Assembly: GCA_050485805.1 (NCBI GenBank)
Contig: JBJHCB010000001.1
Location: forward strand, 1-37,673
DNA: 37,673 nucleotides
Reading direction: 5' to 3'
Origin: Gemmatimonadota bacterium
GTDB taxonomy: Bacteria > Gemmatimonadota > Gemmatimonadetes > Longimicrobiales > Gaopeijiaceae
Shown: piece after piece, positions 35,960 through 37,673 of the stretch
How the letters are laid out: each line of letters begins with the position of its first letter
How positions within the stretch are numbered: the stretch's first letter is position 1
The notes under the pieces: model-generated
What the model was told of the DNA's origin: nothing
Seen by the model: only the letters and a program-made list of their open reading frames with translations
The model's database searches: none
Translations under genes and position numbers: made by a program

Positions 35960-37507
35960 TCATAGGGATCCGTTCGGCGCCGGGGCAAAGGAACCCCGGA
36001 GGCGCCAGGCCAGGAAGAGCACGCCCAGCGTCCTCCCACACACCAGGGCCGCCATGGCCGCGGTGACCCCCATCCACCCCAGGCCCCACCCGAAGAAGGG
36101 GAAGAGGAGGGCGATGGTGGTCACCTCCAGCGCCGTGGCCAGGGTGATGGGGCGGGTACGCCTCGCCTGCACGAGAAGCGCCCGCTGGAACCCCATCACC
36201 ACGGAGAGGGCCGGGGCCAGGGCGATGATCCGGGCGGGAGCGAAGGCCAGCGCCGCCAGCCCGGGCTCCAGCCCCGACACCCCTTCGAACCAGACGCCGG
36301 CCAGGGGGGTGAACGCGATGACGGCGAGACCGCCGGAGGCCACCACGGCCAGACCGGTGGAGAAGGGGATCAGGGCACGACGGTGCTCCCCCCGGCGACC
36401 CACCAGGGCGATGGCCGCCTCCTGCCAGGAGAGCCCAAGGGTCCCGAAGAGGAAGTAGAGGGCCACCACCACGGGAAAGACGGCCAGCGACTCCACCGGT
36501 GCCGGGGCCCGCCCCATGAAGAAGGTCAGGATGGGCTGGGTGGTGAGCCCGATGAAGGAGGTGAGGGCGAGGGGATAGTAGAACCGGAGGATCGCGCCCA
36601 GGTCCAGCTCCTGTCCCCCCGGAGCGTCGTCGGACCCGGGGCGCCGGCCTGCGCGCCCCCCCCGAGCCCCGCCGTCTCCCCCGCCGGCCACCCTACCGGC
36701 ATCCCCGCCAGGAACCCCGCCTTCCCTCCCTCCATCCCTTCCCGCCACCGCTACGGCACGGGCACTTCCCCTCCCCGGAACCGGGGCCCTCGGCGCCGCC
36801 GCCAGGGTGGTGGGTCCCCCGGTCCCCGCGGGAGGGAGGCCGGCCTCTCCCCCCTCGCCCTCCAGGAGGCGCGCCACGACCCCGCGGGACATCCACCAGG
36901 CGGCGGCGGCTTCCACCACCACCCCCACGGAAAGGGCGCCGGCCCCCACCCACGCCCCGGGCAACCCCGTGCCGGCCAGGAGAAGCCCGGTGGTGGCCAT
37001 GGCCCCCAGGCGGATGAAGGTCCCGTACATGACCCATCGGGTCCGTCCCGCCCGGATGAGGATGCCGTGGAGGAAGCGCCGGTACCCGATGGCCGCGGGC
37101 CAGGGCAGGAGGATCCAGAGGGAGCCGTAGACCAGGTCCGCCACCTCGGGGGGGAGCCCGAGCCCCCCCCGGAGGACCAGGTCGAAGACCCCGGGCACCA
37201 GGAGGAGGACCAGGAGCCCCGTGGAGAGGGCGTTCAACGCCTGGGCGAAGGCCCGGAGCTTCCGGTAGCTCGCTGCGTCCTCCACCAGGGCGGTGGACGC
37301 GCTCATGAGCATGATCACCGGTGACTCCACCAGGATGGCGAAGGCGAACGCCACCCCGTAGGCCGCCAGGTTGAAGGTGGGGTCGGCCAGCCGCGCGATG
37401 ACCGCCGCCAGGAACGGCCCCTCCAGGGCCATCATGATCCACTGGAGGGCCAGGGGGAGCCAGAAGGCCAGGATGGCCCAGGTGGTGCGGTCCGTATCGG
37501 GAATCAT
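35960..37507 (-). CDS. MATE/MOP-superfamily-like polytopic membrane transporter with a long G/A/R-rich central loop
   Basis: 515 aa with about 12 predicted TM helices in two halves. They are separated by an ~85-aa low-complexity loop ('EGEGGEAGLPPAGTGG...GGARGGRAGRRPGSDDAPGG'). It ends 41 nt upstream of the S9 peptidase start. The family call is tentative. Confidence 0.6.
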   Translation of the reverse strand: MIPDTDRTTWAILAFWLPLALQWIMMALEGPFLAAVIARLADPTFNLAAYGVAFAFAILVESPVIMLMSASTALVEDAASYRKLRAFAQALNALSTGLLVLLLVPGVFDLVLRGGLGLPPEVADLVYGSLWILLPWPAAIGYRRFLHGILIRAGRTRWVMYGTFIRLGAMATTGLLLAGTGLPGAWVGAGALSVGVVVEAAAAWWMSRGVVARLLEGEGGEAGLPPAGTGGPTTLAAAPRAPVPGRGSARAVAVAGRDGGREGGVPGGDAGRVAGGGDGGARGGRAGRRPGSDDAPGGQELDLGAILRFYYPLALTSFIGLTTQPILTFFMGRAPAPVESLAVFPVVVALYFLFGTLGLSWQEAAIALVGRRGEHRRALIPFSTGLAVVASGGLAVIAFTPLAGVWFEGVSGLEPGLAALAFAPARIIALAPALSVVMGFQRALLVQARRTRPITLATALEVTTIALLFPFFGWGLGWMGVTAAMAALVCGRTLGVLFLAWRLRGSFAPAPNGSL

Positions 37508-37595
37508 CGCGGAATCTACATCCCCCTGGACTCTCCGCTATCTTCCGCCGGAGCCTGCCTTCTTCGCCGGGTGGCGTCCTCTCCCCAGTCAGCCC

Positions 37596-37673
37596 ATGCT
37601 CCTGGCTCTCCTCCTCCTGGCCCACGCCGTGGGCCTCGCCACCTCGGTGGCGGCCCTCATCTACACCCCGACC
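37596..37673 (+). CDS. 5' end of an ORF with hydrophobic N-terminus (runs off the window)
   Basis: The ATG at 37596 gives MLLALLLLAHAVGLATSVAALIYTPT, which stays open to the window end. It is divergent from the transporter gene. Too short to assign. Confidence 0.3.
   Translation, partial: MLLALLLLAHAVGLATSVAALIYTPT

Overview
This is a very G+C-rich bacterial chromosomal window. Hand counts of typical 60-nt lines give about 70% G+C. I call 28 complete CDS and one 5'-partial CDS. I recognised no rRNA, tRNA, CRISPR array, transposase or integrase. Many of the long ORFs in the six-frame track are R/G/P-rich antisense 'shadow' ORFs that arise from the high G+C, and I rejected them. Real frames were chosen from recognisable family motifs, G/C-rich third codon positions, Shine-Dalgarno spacing and signal peptides.

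Gene content, left to right: DinB-family protein; DUF1028 lipoprotein; secreted hypothetical; DUF2272 protein; Amidohydro_2 hydrolase divergent from a COG0523 GTPase; ECF sigma plus Ser/Thr kinase-TPR cassette 1 (plus strand); small outer-membrane beta-barrel; two-domain VOC ring-cleaving dioxygenase; secreted HExxH metalloprotease; SAM methyltransferase; glycine-zipper membrane protein; a low-G+C orphan gene with a C80/CPD-like His-Cys protease signature; Tat-exported sulfite-oxidase-family molybdoenzyme; CPBP intramembrane protease; ECF sigma plus Ser/Thr kinase-TPR cassette 2 (minus strand); Tat-exported MBL hydrolase; a 2-TM protein followed by a Macro-like/NDT(TIR)-like fusion protein; TonB-dependent receptor; PAS-rich hybrid histidine kinase; AbiEi-like/DUF559 protein; QueG with a repeat-rich insertion; and an operon of MATE-like transporter, S9 peptidase and SRPBCC protein.

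The most interesting candidates are:
- the 23.7-25.5 kb two-gene cassette (2-TM protein plus Macro-like/NDT-like fusion), a possible nucleotide/NAD-centred conflict module;
- the compositionally foreign C80-like protease gene at 15.7-16.5 kb;
- the two inverted ECF-sigma/kinase cassettes that bracket an envelope-protein block;
- several 21-bp-period intergenic tandem repeats.

The ECF(TIGR02999-like)/kinase-TPR pairing and the composition suggest a Gemmatimonadota- or Acidobacteriota-like source. That is inference only. All domain calls are by-eye motif recognition and no searches were run.
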